Part shown: positions 28,801-43,800 of the stretch, in pieces
Position numbering within the stretch: the stretch's first letter is position 1
How the letters are laid out: the number at the start of each line of letters is the position of its first letter
Source of the DNA: Antedon mediterranea
Taxonomy: Eukaryota; Animalia; Echinodermata
Direction: 5' to 3'
DNA: 64,000 bases
NCBI RefSeq assembly: GCF_964355755.1
Contig: NC_092676.1
Location: 20,602,871-20,666,870 of the forward strand
Made by a program: the position numbers and the translations under genes
Notes under the pieces: model-generated
What the model saw: the letters and a program-made list of their open reading frames with translations, nothing else
What the model was told of the DNA's origin: nothing
The model's database searches: none

Positions 28801-31800
28801 GCCCCACTACCATATTTTATAGAAAACCCACTCGTTACACGAAATCCGTGGTAATCAAGCGACCATACTTGTACATTGTTTAGCACTGATATTTAACTAC
28901 ATTATAACATAAATTTCTCCTTTGTAAACCACAATGATAAGCATACATACCGTTTTTAGTAGAAATACAAAAAGTTGATCTATAGGCCAAAAAATGAGGT
29001 GTTTTTAGTACATGAAATCTAGAAATAGTTTTGTCTTGGTCTTCGGTATGTGTGAAGTGCATAGTAAGGGGTCACAAATCAGGTCACTAACTGGAACATT
29101 CCATTTCTTTAAAGGGTTGAAAAAGCACTGTGACAACTTACCCCTGTGACTTTTAGCCCCTCCCTCCCCTACTTAGAAAAGATTATAAGCAGGCTTAGAT
29201 CTATGAAGCAGGCAAGCGCTGGGATAAAAGAATTAAAAACAAAGGAGGGTGGAGAGAGTAAGAGTAGAAAACAAAGAAGGTAGATATAAACAATTTAGGA
29301 ATAAACAACCTTTTCCATTATTTGTAATCCTCTGTTTTAGAAATATGTGATTTTGAACTGGACAGCTGTGGTTGGACACAAGATAAGACCGATGATTTTG
29401 ATTGGACGAGAAAGAAGGGCACAACTGGAAGCGCTAACACGGGACCAAGCTTTGATCACACACTTGGAACAACTGCAGGTAATAACAACATTTAATAACT
29501 TTTTCAAGATAACTACTAAATTTTATTACAATATTTCCACTCATATGCTCCATTATAGAGCTGTCAGTGGAAATACACAATTGCCAGTTTCCAAAGAAAT
29601 GGATACTTAATACTGTTATTGTGCCTCTGTATTCTGAATCTGAATAACAGTTGTAGTTTTATTAAATGTTTTTAAATTAAAGTTTCTTAATGTACTTGCT
29701 TACATTATATTGATTTTTTAAAACACAATAAAGATAAAGTTCATTTTATTTTTAATATCCTTTCATTTTATTACAAATCTACAGGATACTATTATTATAC
29801 TGAGGTGTCAAGTCCTATTACACAAGGGGACAAGGCACGTCTAATCAGCCCAACATATTCACCAAGTTCTACCGGGGAATGCCTGCAATTTTGGTATCAT
29901 ATGTACGGTGATAGGATGGGAACGATTAACGTGTATGCTAGGCAGAACGGTAACCTTGGTAATGTCCTCTGGACAGAGTCATTGGACCAGGGGAATGTTT
30001 GGAGATTTGGACAAGTAACAATGCAAAGTAATATTGGTTTTGAGGTTAGCCTTTATTATCTTATTTAACCTTATTTAATCTAGTTGAATGTTACCAATCG
30101 AACATTTCCTCACAATGTAGTTTTAGCTTTTGCAGGTGGCTAAAATACTGCGGAGGCTAGAACTTTCTTAAGGTAGATGTTGGTGAAACTTAAGGATGAA
30201 AGAAACTTGGCAGGTCAATTTAGAATTTCGTTTACTGGCACAAAATTTTGGAATAATTTATCACTCGACATAAAAAATAATACATCAAAAATTAATTTCG
30301 TAAAAAATATAACTGAAGAGATACTGATTAATGCTGGCCCACCTCTTTCTTTTTGTCATTATTGTGGTTTTTTTTTTTACATTATTGTATAATTATATTA
30401 TCAAAATCGTTTGCACTGAACAGTATTATATTTGTTAATCAGGTGTAAACCATTGACTAGCGAAAGCTATTTGTTTATACCGTTTTGCCTTTGGTGAATA
30501 AAGAATTATGATGGCCCTGCATAGCAGCACAACTACATCCATGATGAAATATTATTTTTATATTGATTTATGTATTTTAGGCTGTCTTTGAATCACTTCG
30601 TGGAAATGGAATTCGTGGAGATATGGCTATAGATGATATTTCAATGATAATGGGTGCCTGCCCTTCAGTTGGTAAGCCAAATATTTGTAGGTCTTAGTAA
30701 TAAAAAAAATATAAAAAACAATTGTCTAAAGCTCTTTGGACACTATCAAACTTAATGTGATACAAAAATGTGATGATGATGTCATATCACTACCATATTT
30801 GGGCACATTACACTATTATTGTCAAACTAGTTTGAGTGTAGACAGAGCTTTATAATGAATGGTTAAAAAAGTAAATACAGGTATGTATGCTTTTGTACAG
30901 TATTCATTCAAGTATCTTTTCTTTTGTGTCTAGGTTACTGTGACTTTGAGAGTGACAAATGTGGCTGGCAAAACGAAGCGAGTGATGATGATTTTGATTG
31001 GATGAGATCAGCTGGTGGGACACCAAGTTCATACACAGGTCCTTCTACTGATCATACTACAGCCACTGATCAAGGTAAGATAAGAAAAAAACAATAGAAT
31101 GTTAATGGTTGAAATATAGTGATTAGACAATAAATTTCTCTTAATTTTATTATACACATAAAAATACCACTATTGAAGTGGTGGTGTTCTCAATTCTACC
31201 AACTTGCCAGTATAAAACCATTTGTAAAGTTGACAATTAAAGAAGGCTTAACTGTAATGTGAAGCTTCAGTTGCACTTTTGTGTTAACATGCTGATGTGG
31301 TAAAATACCCTTTATAGTCTTCACCTTGGCTACCTCAATATTATGATTATAATTACTGTTTGTTGTAGGTTTCTACCTGTTCATTGAATCATCTGTTGGA
31401 GTAAAAGGCAACAAGGCATGGCTTGTCAGTGCGCATCTACCACCCACTTCAGGGTCTTGCTTCTCCTTCTGGTATCACATGTATGGACAAGGTTAGCCTT
31501 TTTACTTTAGGTTTGCTTAGCAATTATAATTTTTTTTTCATACGCATCCAACAGCGTGTAACACGCCAATAACAGGATGGATAAACTATTTTAAAATTTA
31601 TATATAAACTGTCTCATTTGAGACTTAGGAAGTGGAATTGAAAAAGCCGTGACTGTCAACCCTGGCACTAGGTCAGGATTTAACCCAGGAAGGCAAGCAT
31701 GCTAACCACTAAGCTACAACTCCACTACTTTTATGTATTCATTCATAGTCTTGCAATTTAAGTTTTAAAACCCTTGATTTCTAAACTGAGTCTCATAGAA

Positions 31801-34800
31801 GCTTACAGTAAGTAGTGGTGCTGTATTGAAAACTTGAAGTTGAAGCTAGGAATTGGTAAGCCGACATGTCAACCACCAAGCCACTCTGCCACTACTACTG
31901 TATTTGGAGTTTATACATGTAGTAATTCTAAGCTATTATTTCCATTTCTTAGGTGTTGGTGATTTGAATGTATATATGAAAGATTCCAAGACAAATCAGT
32001 ACATTCCTAAGCTGTCAAGAAGTGGAAACAAAGGCAACGTCTGGTATCAAGCAACCATTGGTCTGATCACAGCTGATGAGTACCAGATTGTTATAGAAGG
32101 CAAACATGGTGGCAATTTCACAGCAGATATTGCTATTGATGATACAAACATCGCCCAAGGTTCTGTCTGTACAGGTATATTTACTTGAGGTATTGTATTT
32201 AGCAGTCTATTATGGTGATGAACATTTTGTTTGTGTATTTTTGGGTCTGTTGAGAATCAGTTTAACCTCTGCTAAAATGACATCTCTATTTTTTCTCTGT
32301 TCTTTATAGGCCCTATATTTTCTGACATATAAATACAATTTACACGGTTTTTTCATTTTAATTAATTTGATATCTTTTAACTATGCCTAACTACAAGATA
32401 CACTACAAAACCTTTATTTCAATCTATTTTGTTGGCGAGATTTTTCAATTGTATTTTTTAAACCATTGAGGATATAATAATTGGTTATATTGATCGATTC
32501 TCTGTTTTTGCTAATATTAATTCTTGTGCCCGAAATAAAGATGAGATCACAAAAAAGGCGAAAACTACGGAACTATCCTGATTAAATCAAGAGACATCCA
32601 CAAAACACACTTCTTGATCTCTACATCAATTCATGTTTGTCCGTATGTTTAACACATCTAATTTTTATTGTAATTTGCATTTTGACAGTTGATATTACAA
32701 CACCTGCCACTGTACCAACAGCAATGCCAACACAGCCATCAGGACCAAATGATTGTAACTTTGAGAATGGTAACATCTGTGCCTGGAGACAGGACGGCAC
32801 TGATGATTTCGACTGGAGGGTTCAACAAGGACGAACAGGAAGTGACAACACAGGCCCGACTGCTGACCATACCAAAGGAAACAAGAATGGTAAGACTATT
32901 AATTTATATTCTGCACATATTCTCTTTCACCTTCATGCCACACTTCACTGCTTGTCAGATCTGAAAGGTCATTATTTGACTGCAAAACATTGGCCTAAGA
33001 TGACCTAGACTAAGTTTATGGTTCTTTGGGTGAAGACATTTATTACAGGCAATGATTGTACACTGCATATTCAGAACACGAATGAAGACATACTATTACT
33101 TTCTCTTTTTTGGACATTTGTATGTCCAGATATCTGATCGCAGCACTCACTTGCAATTTGCAATATCTAGTAATGATTATGTCATCTTAAAGTGAGATCC
33201 CTAAATCACTGTATGGTATTATTTCCAAAAGCAAAATTGAACAATCCATGCACCGTCTCTCAAGTATCACTATCGACTTCACACTCCTTTCACTCATAGA
33301 ACACCACTGTTAGTTTGTATAAGTAGAGTATACTGCGCTTATGAGCAATCATTGATTGGAAAGATGGCGCATTATAAATGCCTTTATTATTTTAATTTTT
33401 TCTAGAATATTCTGACTGTTACTGAACGTTTTAATCTTCTTTCAGGTTACTATATTTATCTTGAGGCATCTGGAAAAACTGTTAATGAAAAGGCACGTCT
33501 TATTAGTGATGGTTTGACAGCCACTGCACGGTTCACTTGCTTACGATTCTGGTACCACATGTATGGACGCCATATTGGAACTCTCAATGTGTATGCAAAT
33601 TCTAATTTGAACAAACTTGGTAAAGAAAATTCTATCTTTTTTATAAATTTAATTTGTTATTATGTATTGGAAAAATGTATACATTTGTTAGATATTTAGG
33701 GAACTAGTAATAAAACTCAGACATACATGAGATAAGAATATTACTCCTAATTCCAAATTATTATTCCTGTGTGTCTAGAAAACTCAGATCTAGAAAACTC
33801 TCTGAACACTCTCTCTCAGATATATCTGAGTTTTCTAGATCTAGAATATCTACATATGTATAAAAGTTTCGTATTTTAATAACTGTGTTGTTTGTTTGCA
33901 GTATTTTCTTCCTGCATTCTTCTCTTCATGTTTGCTATTTTACTTTTTTTATAGGACAAGTGCTATGGACACGCCAAGGTGAGCAGAACTATGACTGGAC
34001 GTTTGGACAACTTCTTGTGAATGACACAGCAAATACATTTTACATAGTCTTTGAAGGAGTACGAGGAGACGACTTCATGGGTGATATATCATTAGATGAT
34101 CTTCAAGTGTCTGACGGAGAGTGCCCACCAAGGAGTAAGTATTTTATTTTGTATATTTTCTAACAAAAAATTAAATACAGTAGATTAAGGGGACACCTTT
34201 GTGATCCAACAAAGTGTCCACTTAACAGAGGTGTCCCCTGAATAGGGTTTGGCTGTAGTGTTAAAATATATATATTTTTACTCATTCATTTCAAAAGAAA
34301 GTGTCTCCTCAATAAGAGTGTCCCCAGAATAAGGGTTATCCCAAAAAGGGGGTTCTGCTGTAAGTAAGAACTCTATCTATATAAAAACTATTTTTTAACA
34401 AGAAACAATTTTAAACCTGACCTTTAATTTGTTTCTGCAGCTTTCTGTGACTTTCAAGAAGATGATATCTGTGGTTATACTCAGGACAAAACAGATGATT
34501 TTGATTGGTCAAGAGGTAGTGGACGAACTTTGACAATACAGACTGGTCCTAGAGTTGATCATACATATGGAACATCAGAAGGTAAAAGGACTAAAAATTG
34601 ACCTTTAAGACGAACCTACAACCCTGTTCATGTAATACTTTACAAATTCAAAAATTATTCACATACTCGTTCCAAAGTTCTGAATATATGTATTGTCTTA
34701 ATCTAAATTAAGAATTCTTAGGAAATAAAGACCTGTGATAAATAGTTATTACTTTAAATGTTTTAAATTGTTTTTAATCTCTTTTTTAGGCTACTACATG

Positions 34801-37800
34801 TTCACTGATAGACGCTACTTATTGACAAATGAAGGTGATGCAGCTCGCTTGACCAGTCCAACTTACCCACCCCCATCCAATTATTATGGCTGTGTTTCTT
34901 TCTGGTATCACATGAGAGGTATGTCATAGAGGCTTTATATTAACATCGTAGATAAATTATTCACAACCACTATATATCTGATTTACCTATATAATGCAAA
35001 ACTAAAAAGTAATTTTATATAAGGAATCTGGCACATTCAAATTATAATTCCTAAATAAAATATTGTTGTGCACAATAATATTATGAGTCTCGTTTATCTG
35101 TCCATTTATCTCATCTTCATCTTAAACGCTAATCGCTGTTAGACGTTGCCCGTCTCACTTGTGTAAACTCTGTGTGTTTTTGAGCAAGCATGTGTATGGT
35201 TCGCATGTGAAAAGTTCTGTTTCCTTTTTTATCTGTCCATTATTCTATTTAAATGTAATATGGTGTTATGTAACTGGCTATGCGGTTGAACATTGTCAGT
35301 GTGCTTGATAACTACTTTATATTTATTTCATTCCAGGGGATGACATTGGTTATCTCAACACATACCTTAACGTTAATGGTGTACTCCAACAAATCTGGTC
35401 ATTCGGAAACATCCAGACTGACGACTTCTGGCGTATTGCAAGACAGAGTGTGTTCCTGACCGACGACTTCCAGATCATGTTTGAAGGCATTGCAGGTCGT
35501 CAAGAAGAGGGTGATATTGCAATTGATGATGTACAGTTTTCCATTGGAATGTGTAGTGGATTTTTTGGTAAGCTGAAATTAGGACTAATGACAGGAATAT
35601 AAAAAACAATACAATTTTCAGTGGTGGATCAAGGATTTTTAAATGGGAGAGTGTTGACATATAATATCAATAATATGTCAAAAATATATATCAAAAAGTA
35701 TTTCATAATTTCATTTTAGCTGTTGAAAGGAGGAAGAGTGTGCCTCTAATACCCAACGAAATCCGCCCTGGATATGCTATGATTTTCAGGAAAATATTAC
35801 TACATTTCTTTCTACCTCAAAAGTATAACTATCTATCTTTATTTTTTCAGGCTCGTGTACATTTGAAACCGACACATGTGGATGGACTAATGCAAAGACG
35901 GGAGATGAATTTGATTGGGTTCGACACAGTGGTGGTTCCTATTCAGACTTCACAGGCCCTTCATATGATCATACCTATGGCAACCAAAATGGCTGGTAAG
36001 TGAAAAAAAAGGAAAACAACTTTTATGTAATGATTGTATCAATGTACAATGTTTAAATAGGTCGAAACTCTAAATTCTTAAATCCAGAAATACATATACT
36101 ATTATAAAAGCTGTTGAAAAATTAAATGTAATTTAATTAGAGGAATAAATGTTTGTTGTGTTCAAATATACACAAATCAACAGTGGTGTTGGTAGTCTAT
36201 GAGATACCTACCTGTACTTTCGCACATGTAGAGTCTATACAGGTAGGGATCTTACGACTTCTCAACTTTGTAGCTTTCAAATTCAATACATTTAAATTTC
36301 TTACAATTTTATATTCATAAGTTGGTTTGTCATTTGCAGGTATATGTATATAGAGGCTTCGTTCCCACGCACAGCTGGAGAGCGTGCCCGTCTTGAATCT
36401 GAAGGATTCTCACCCAATGGTCCAAGATGTTTCCAATTTTGGTATCATATGTATGGAAACTTCACAGGGACATTGAATGTAAGAAATACATTTCATTTTA
36501 TAACACAAACACATTTTATTGGTCAATTGCTCTATTTTTCAACTCATGAAATATTTGCACAATCTATCCAATGAAAAACATACATGACACTTAATTTGTC
36601 TGTGCTACCATAAAGGGTCTTTCACACCTGTTTCGGCATGGTTCTGGTCCGGTGCGAGAAAATTAAATCGAACGTGTTTGTTTTATTATAAATTTATTAA
36701 TAAATGAGGAATTTCTTTATATTTTAGCTGTTTACAGTATCAGAAAGTCAGTCAAACATAATCTGGAGTTTGTCAGGAAACCAAGGTGACAAATGGATAT
36801 ATGATATGGTTACTGTTAACCAACTTGATTACTTTCAGGTAGGGGTTTTTATTTTTTCGACTTTTAACTTATAATGTATACCCGAAGAGAGATGATTTTA
36901 ACAAAACCTTAAAATAGATAAAATTCCTTACCGTATTGTCCAGTACAGTACATCTGTATCATTAACATTTTTGTCTTATCCTACAGTATGTGTTTATATT
37001 GCTTGATTTGTTGTTGTTTGTTTCTTGTGAACTTTATTCAATCAATCATAATATTTTTTTTATTCATAATAATGATAACCATAATATATGTGTGTGGTAT
37101 AGTGATATTTACAAAAAATATTAATTATAAGATATATATAGTGATTATTTACAGTTGAATCATGTATTTAACTAATTTACTACTATGTAAAGTTTGTGAA
37201 AATATTATCTAAGTTTTTTATTGCTATTTTTTCATGCTTGTATCGCCTACTATTCGTGTGCCATGTTATCCCCAGTTGTCAATAAAGAATGATAAGAAAT
37301 AATACAAATGTATATACATTTATTTTATAGCTTGCTTTTGAAGCCGTTGTTGGTGACAACCATCAAGGTGATATTGCTATTGATGACCTTGACTCTATTG
37401 ATGGAACCTGTCTGAACATTGTACCAACACCTACTGGGCCTGGAGGTCAATTTGACTGCGGTGATGGCACTACCATCCCCATGAGCAAACAGTGTGATTT
37501 TGTCAGGCAATGCAGTGTGAATAATGATGAAGCTGATTGTGGTGAGAATTTGTTACTCTGAGTAAATCTGATTAAGATCCACACTTGTTCCATTTCATGC
37601 TACAGAAGATGGTGTCATAAATCATATAAAAAGGAGGTTCTAATGTATGATATTTACTTACTATGTTTATATTTAGTAGAAATGTATGGTTTGTATGTAG
37701 ATGACTAACAAAAGTAAATAACAACATGATTTGGACATGAAGTAGTTGAAAAATAAAGTTAAAAATGTTGTGCTAAATAGATGATAATTATAATTATATT

Positions 37801-40800
37801 CATTTATACAGGAGAATGTGATTTTGAGCGTGACCAGTGTCGCTTTGTGGACATAAGTACCGGTCAATTCAAGTGGTACCGTCGCAGCAATGCAACTGAT
37901 ACCCCTGCTACTGGTCCTGGATCTGACCACACTAACCTCTTTGGTGATGGCTTTTACATGGTTGTTGATGCTAATCAAGGCCAGTTTAACAGCTTTGCTG
38001 AACTACAAGGACCCATGCTGCAGCAAACGTCTTCCAGTTGTGAAGTTCAATTCTGGTATCACATGTTTGGAGCTGGTGAGTTATTTGACATTACTGTATT
38101 TTAATGAAGTATATAGAACAACAAGTCTTAGACCATTAATAATATTTTCAAGATATTGAAATTATCAATTATAGTTCTTTTACATAATATTTTGATAATA
38201 ATATATGTTGTCTTTCACAACACTTCAAATGCATATATTATTGAAATTTAGAAAGAATTTTGTTTCATGTATTTTAGACATTGGCACTTTGATGTTGGCA
38301 CTCAATTCGAACAATGAAAGAACACGCGTTTTCCAAATGTCAGGGAATCAGAGTCCCAACTGGCTGCGAGCTCGAGTAGGCATAGGAAGACTATCATCAC
38401 CATTCCAGATGTCATTTGAAGCTGTCAGAAGCTTCAGTGTTGTTGGTGACATCGCCCTTGATGATGTCTCTTTGAGGAACTGCGCATTGCCTCCACGTCA
38501 AACTCAGTGTCTTGACACCGACATTCAGTTCCGTTGCTCCAGTGGTGCCTGCGTTTACAACTCATATTTATGTGATCTCACGGATGATTGCGGTGATAAC
38601 TCTGATGAAATGCAGTGTTGTAAGTGCAGTCTTCTTGATAGAATATCTTAATTTTTTTTTAATTTTTAATTGTCGTTATTTGAGTAATTTCTTTAGGATT
38701 TAACCTTAACCTTACCCTAACTCTGAGTTAATAATAATAATAATAATATCCTGGATTTATATAGTGCCTAATGTTGTGAAACCTCTAAGCGCTGAACATT
38801 ATTACTCTGATCATTTTTTTGGATCAAACACCCATTTATACACCTGGGTGGAAAGAGGCAAACGTAAGTAAAGTATCTTGCCTAAGGATACAAGCAATGC
38901 GGTGAGAGTTGGATTCGAACCTCGATCTCATGATCAGTAGTCGAACGTCCAACACACTGCGCCATACTGCACACCCTTACATGAGTTAGTAAAGACATTA
39001 TTAGACTAGACACAAAAATTCTATTTACCATTAACTTAATATTAATATTTTGCTATTAATGTGTTTTTCTAATACCCCACTTCCTTGACACAATTATAAA
39101 ACAGTAACAAAGCAATAGATATATTACAGTCAATAGGTATCGTGACAATTCCAGAATTTATCAAGGCAATGTTTGATTAGTTTTAGAGAATTGCAGATGA
39201 TCGTGTCACTCATAGCTTTCTGTTGTTATTATACCATCCCAATACTAATTTTCTTACTACAAAATGAGCACCTTATTCCTATATTTCCCTACAGCTACTT
39301 ACATGACTTGTGATTTTGAGAGTGACCTCTGTGATTGGTCACAACTAAGAAGTGACGATTTTGACTATACACGAACATCATCAGCACTGACATCAAATGC
39401 TGCTGCACCAAGCCGTGATCACTCCCGTGGCACAAGTGCTGGTTACTATTTGTACATTGATCAGAGAACCCCACGTGTAAAGGGTGACAAAGCACGCATT
39501 GGAAGTCCGAACTTTGACAGTAATTCAAAAGATTGCTTTGTAAGTAATTCATAAAAGAAATAGTGTGTATCTAATGACCTTTGATCCATGACAAAGTATC
39601 AGAACAGTATTCCTTTCACCATTACTTTCCAAAGCTCTTTACATAACCCATTTTAATTTACGTATACTTACATATATATTTTTCAGATGCGTATGTATTA
39701 CCACATGTGGGGTAGTGATGTCGGTAGCCTCAATGTTTATACAACATCTTATCGAGGAGGACCACTTAACCTTGTTTGGTCTCGCACCGGAGCCGGAGGA
39801 GACTACTACGATCGTGCAGAAATCGAGCTTTTTGAATTTGATCACTTCCAGGTAATATAACAAAGATAATAACTAACTATTTTGATTCTCCATGCATGGA
39901 TGCATGCAGTAGCAAAAATATGTAAAAGAGCAAATTTACAAACTATCTCTCTTTCAGGTTATTATAGAGGCCACTGTTGGTAATGGTGATGATGGTGCCA
40001 TTGGTGTCGATGACATCAGCTTTGTACCAGAGTGTGTTGTCTACACTGGTATACTTCCAGTTGGCACTACTCCAGTTCCGGTACCAAATCCTTGTGGAGA
40101 TAATTTCTTTAATTGTGGAGATGGTCTGACCTGTCTCCCTATGGATCAGGTTTGTGACTTCTTCGAACAATGTCCAACTGGGAATGATGAACAGAAATGT
40201 GGTAAGTTTAACTCAGTTCAATAGTAAACTAAATCAACAAATAGAAAAAGAGAAAACATTACAGTTATTGCCAGATTAATCAATTAATAAATTAGAGCAG
40301 TTTATTAGATTCTGATAGTTAGATAGTGTTTTCTTGTATTTGTTTCTCTTAATTTATTTGTGGAGAGCCTCTCAACTGTCATTTTTTTTTTAATCTTTTG
40401 GTAATCTTACCTTATTGATTTACATTTTGTTCTGTTTCATGTATGTTATGGTTAGAAAATGGCAAAGTAAATAATATATGATAGATTCAGGTTTAAAAAT
40501 ATTTCCTGATATTGATTAAAAATATCTGTAGTGTTATTACTCTTTCTTAATCATCTTCTGTTATTTTTAAATTAAGACTAATAACAATTTCCTGTAACAA
40601 TGATGTAACGTTGTATGTTTCCACCAACTTACATTACAAATATGGTTGCCTCATAGATGAAGTAAGTTGTCATTTTATTTTAAAAGGTCAATGTGAATTT
40701 GATAATGCTGACCTTTGTGGTTTAAGAGATGACAGTAGAGGGCAGTTTGTGTGGAGGAGAGAAAAGGGTGGCAACAAACCAAATCAACCAGCGTTGGATC

Positions 40801-43800
40801 ATCACAACGATAAAAACAGTAATTATACTAAAAAACTTATTTCTCCATGATATAACATAATACCCAGACAAATATTTGTAGAATTTAGATACGGAATTTA
40901 AATGTATAACAGTGGGTTGATCTCAATTGAAACACAGATTAAATATGCAATTGTTATTGTTTGTTTTCCCGTCTTTAGGCCCTGGCTTCTACATGGCTGT
41001 AGAAGGCACAAACTCACAGTTTTATAGTGCTGCTTACCTAGTCACACCAACATTCGGAGAAATTGGTTCTGGGTGTCAGGTTGAATTCTACTACCACATG
41101 CGTGGAGCTGACACTGGTGAACTTGCTCTTTGGGTTCAAAGTTCAACCAACACTTTTGACAGCTACAAGGCTTTCTCCATATTCAATGCTAAGGGTAACA
41201 AGTGGGTTCAGGCTGTGGTAGCCGTAGGAAACCACCCTGCTGGGTATCACGTAAGTAATACATTTTCTTGTAAAGCTCTGTCTATACACTATCAAAGTTT
41301 ATGTGACAAAAAAATGTAATGTGCCCATATATGGACACAATGATGTCATATCACTACCATATTTGTGTGCATCACAATCAGTTTGTCTAACTAGTTTGAT
41401 AGCGTAGACAGAGCTTAAAACGATCTCTACTGATTATTATTATTTTTACAATGGGATGTCGACTATTAGACTTAAATATTACCTATAACTAAAAACCACT
41501 TTAATTAAATAGTATTATTGTTAATCTTTTCTCTTTTACTTTTTAACCAGTATTCGTTATAGCTTACAGTGCTTTTTAATAAAATACCCTTTCACAGTTT
41601 CATGTTGCATTTGTTTCTTTTTATTAGTTTGAGATAGAAGCAGATCCTGACTTTGCTGTTGGATCTGTTAACACCAACGTTGCCATAGATGGCATCACAT
41701 ACTACAACTGTCACAGTACTGACGTTCCTGCTACAAGTGGTAAGATACATATTATCAGTGAGAATGTTCTATACAAATATGTTAATTGATTCAGGATTTT
41801 TATTTGGACATAATAATATTTTTTACAGAAATGGATTGCACGTTTGAGAAGGATTTATGTGGATGGTATCAGGACAGTAACGATGAATTTGATTGGACAA
41901 GAACTAACAGTCAAACTCCATCAACAACAACAGGCCCTGGATTTGATCACACTTTGGGGAATGGTCAGTTTAATTTATTTAATTGATCATGAATACATAA
42001 AAGGACACTGATTTATTTACAAGGTTATGAATTGAGAAATTAAATACAGTATATTATTAAATTAACTGTTTTTCTAAACTTGTTTACACCATTACATTAG
42101 CAACATAAACCAATAAGGATTGGCTGTCTAAGCCCTTCCACCTCCACATTCAATTGAATCTGCCAATCTTTGCAACTATCCTAACTGAAGCATAGGTTAA
42201 TTGAATTACAAACGGTTGGTTGGTTGGTTTTACTTCTTTTCTTTTATCTTAATACCATAAACTCCAAACAAACATAATAATAAATTTTATATTGTTTAGG
42301 TTATTACTTGTACATTGAAACTTCTTCACCAACCCTACCTGGATACCGTGCCCGTCTGATATCCCATCCACAAGTTGGTTACAAAAATAATAATAAGCAG
42401 GGCTGCTTCAGTTTCTGGTATCACATGTTTGGCTTGTCTATTGACACACTCAACGTCTATCTCAAACAAGCAAGTGTTGAAACAAGACTGTGGACAAGGT
42501 ATCAGACCCAAGGAAACCAGTGGCTCAAAGCAGAACTGACTATTGTCAGTACGAAAAAGAGTTGGCAGGTAATTCTTCTCCTTCATGTATTAGGCTCGTT
42601 TGTACCAACACATTTATTTAATAAAATTCCCAAACAAAATCATATAAATCTGTTGCATACCTTTTTATAATAGATTAAAGACACGTTTCCTGCAATCTTT
42701 GACGTTTTGTAAAAATAATGAACCTTTTTATAATAGATTAATACAAGAAATATTGTAATTGGTAAGTGTTGATTTTGGTTTTGTACACAATATTTTTTAC
42801 ATTATTGTATTAGACCAATAATGATACTTTTGTCTGGCAGATTGTGTTTGAAGCAATCCGAGGTGATACCTTTACTGGTGATATCGCCATAGATGACACA
42901 TTCTTGGAGGAAGGACCATGTCAACCTACAAGTTAGTAATCTATTTTGTTAAAGTAAAAAATATACAGTATCTTTCAACAGAATTGTATTCCTATCATTA
43001 AATTAAATTTTTTATTATTAGTACTATAATACAGTATGTTATAATTTTTTTCAGAGGAATGCAATTTTGAAACTGGTTTCTGCTCATGGACACAAGATGA
43101 TACCGATGATTTTGATTGGTCGATAGGTAACAACGGCACAGCATCATTAGGCACTGGACCACAGATTGATCATACTATGGGTACCGAAACTGGTAAGACT
43201 GCTTTTAATGAGGATTTTTTTTTTATGTTGAATTATATATATTTTATATTTGAAGTATATTTATATATTTGAAGTATATATATGATTAAAATAATCTTTT
43301 AATCATACATGTATTATCATAAATTTGATTTTAATATTTTCATTTTTATTTTCACTTCTTAAACTAATTTCCCACAAATCCAATGCTTTGCAGAGAAGTA
43401 CAATTGTGCTACACTTTACACTACAAGAGCAAATACCTGTGATTTTCATTTACATTGTTTGTCTGTTGAACTTTTCGTTTCGCAGGAGTGCTCATAAACG
43501 CGTCATCTCAATGAAGTCGAATTTTTTAAAATAAGGGAGTATGACAGACAGAAACTTGCGCTAACAAATTTGCCTAGTGGGAAATCGGCTTTAAAGTCGT
43601 TATGAACATCTGGGTTTAAATGATTAATTTTTCCCTTTTCCTTCAGGAATGTTTGCCTACATTGAAACATCATCACCACGAGTTAAAGGTGATATTGCTC
43701 GTATCGTCAGTCCTGTTTTTGACGACACTTTTGGGGAATGTATGCGCTTCTGGTTCCATATGTATGGTTCTGGTATCGGTAGTCTACGTGTTCGAGCCTT

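Noticed and set aside
38700-38722. Interstitial telomere-like (TAACCT/TACCCT) repeat
   Set aside because: Only 3-4 imperfect units next to a SINE tail; too short to interpret.
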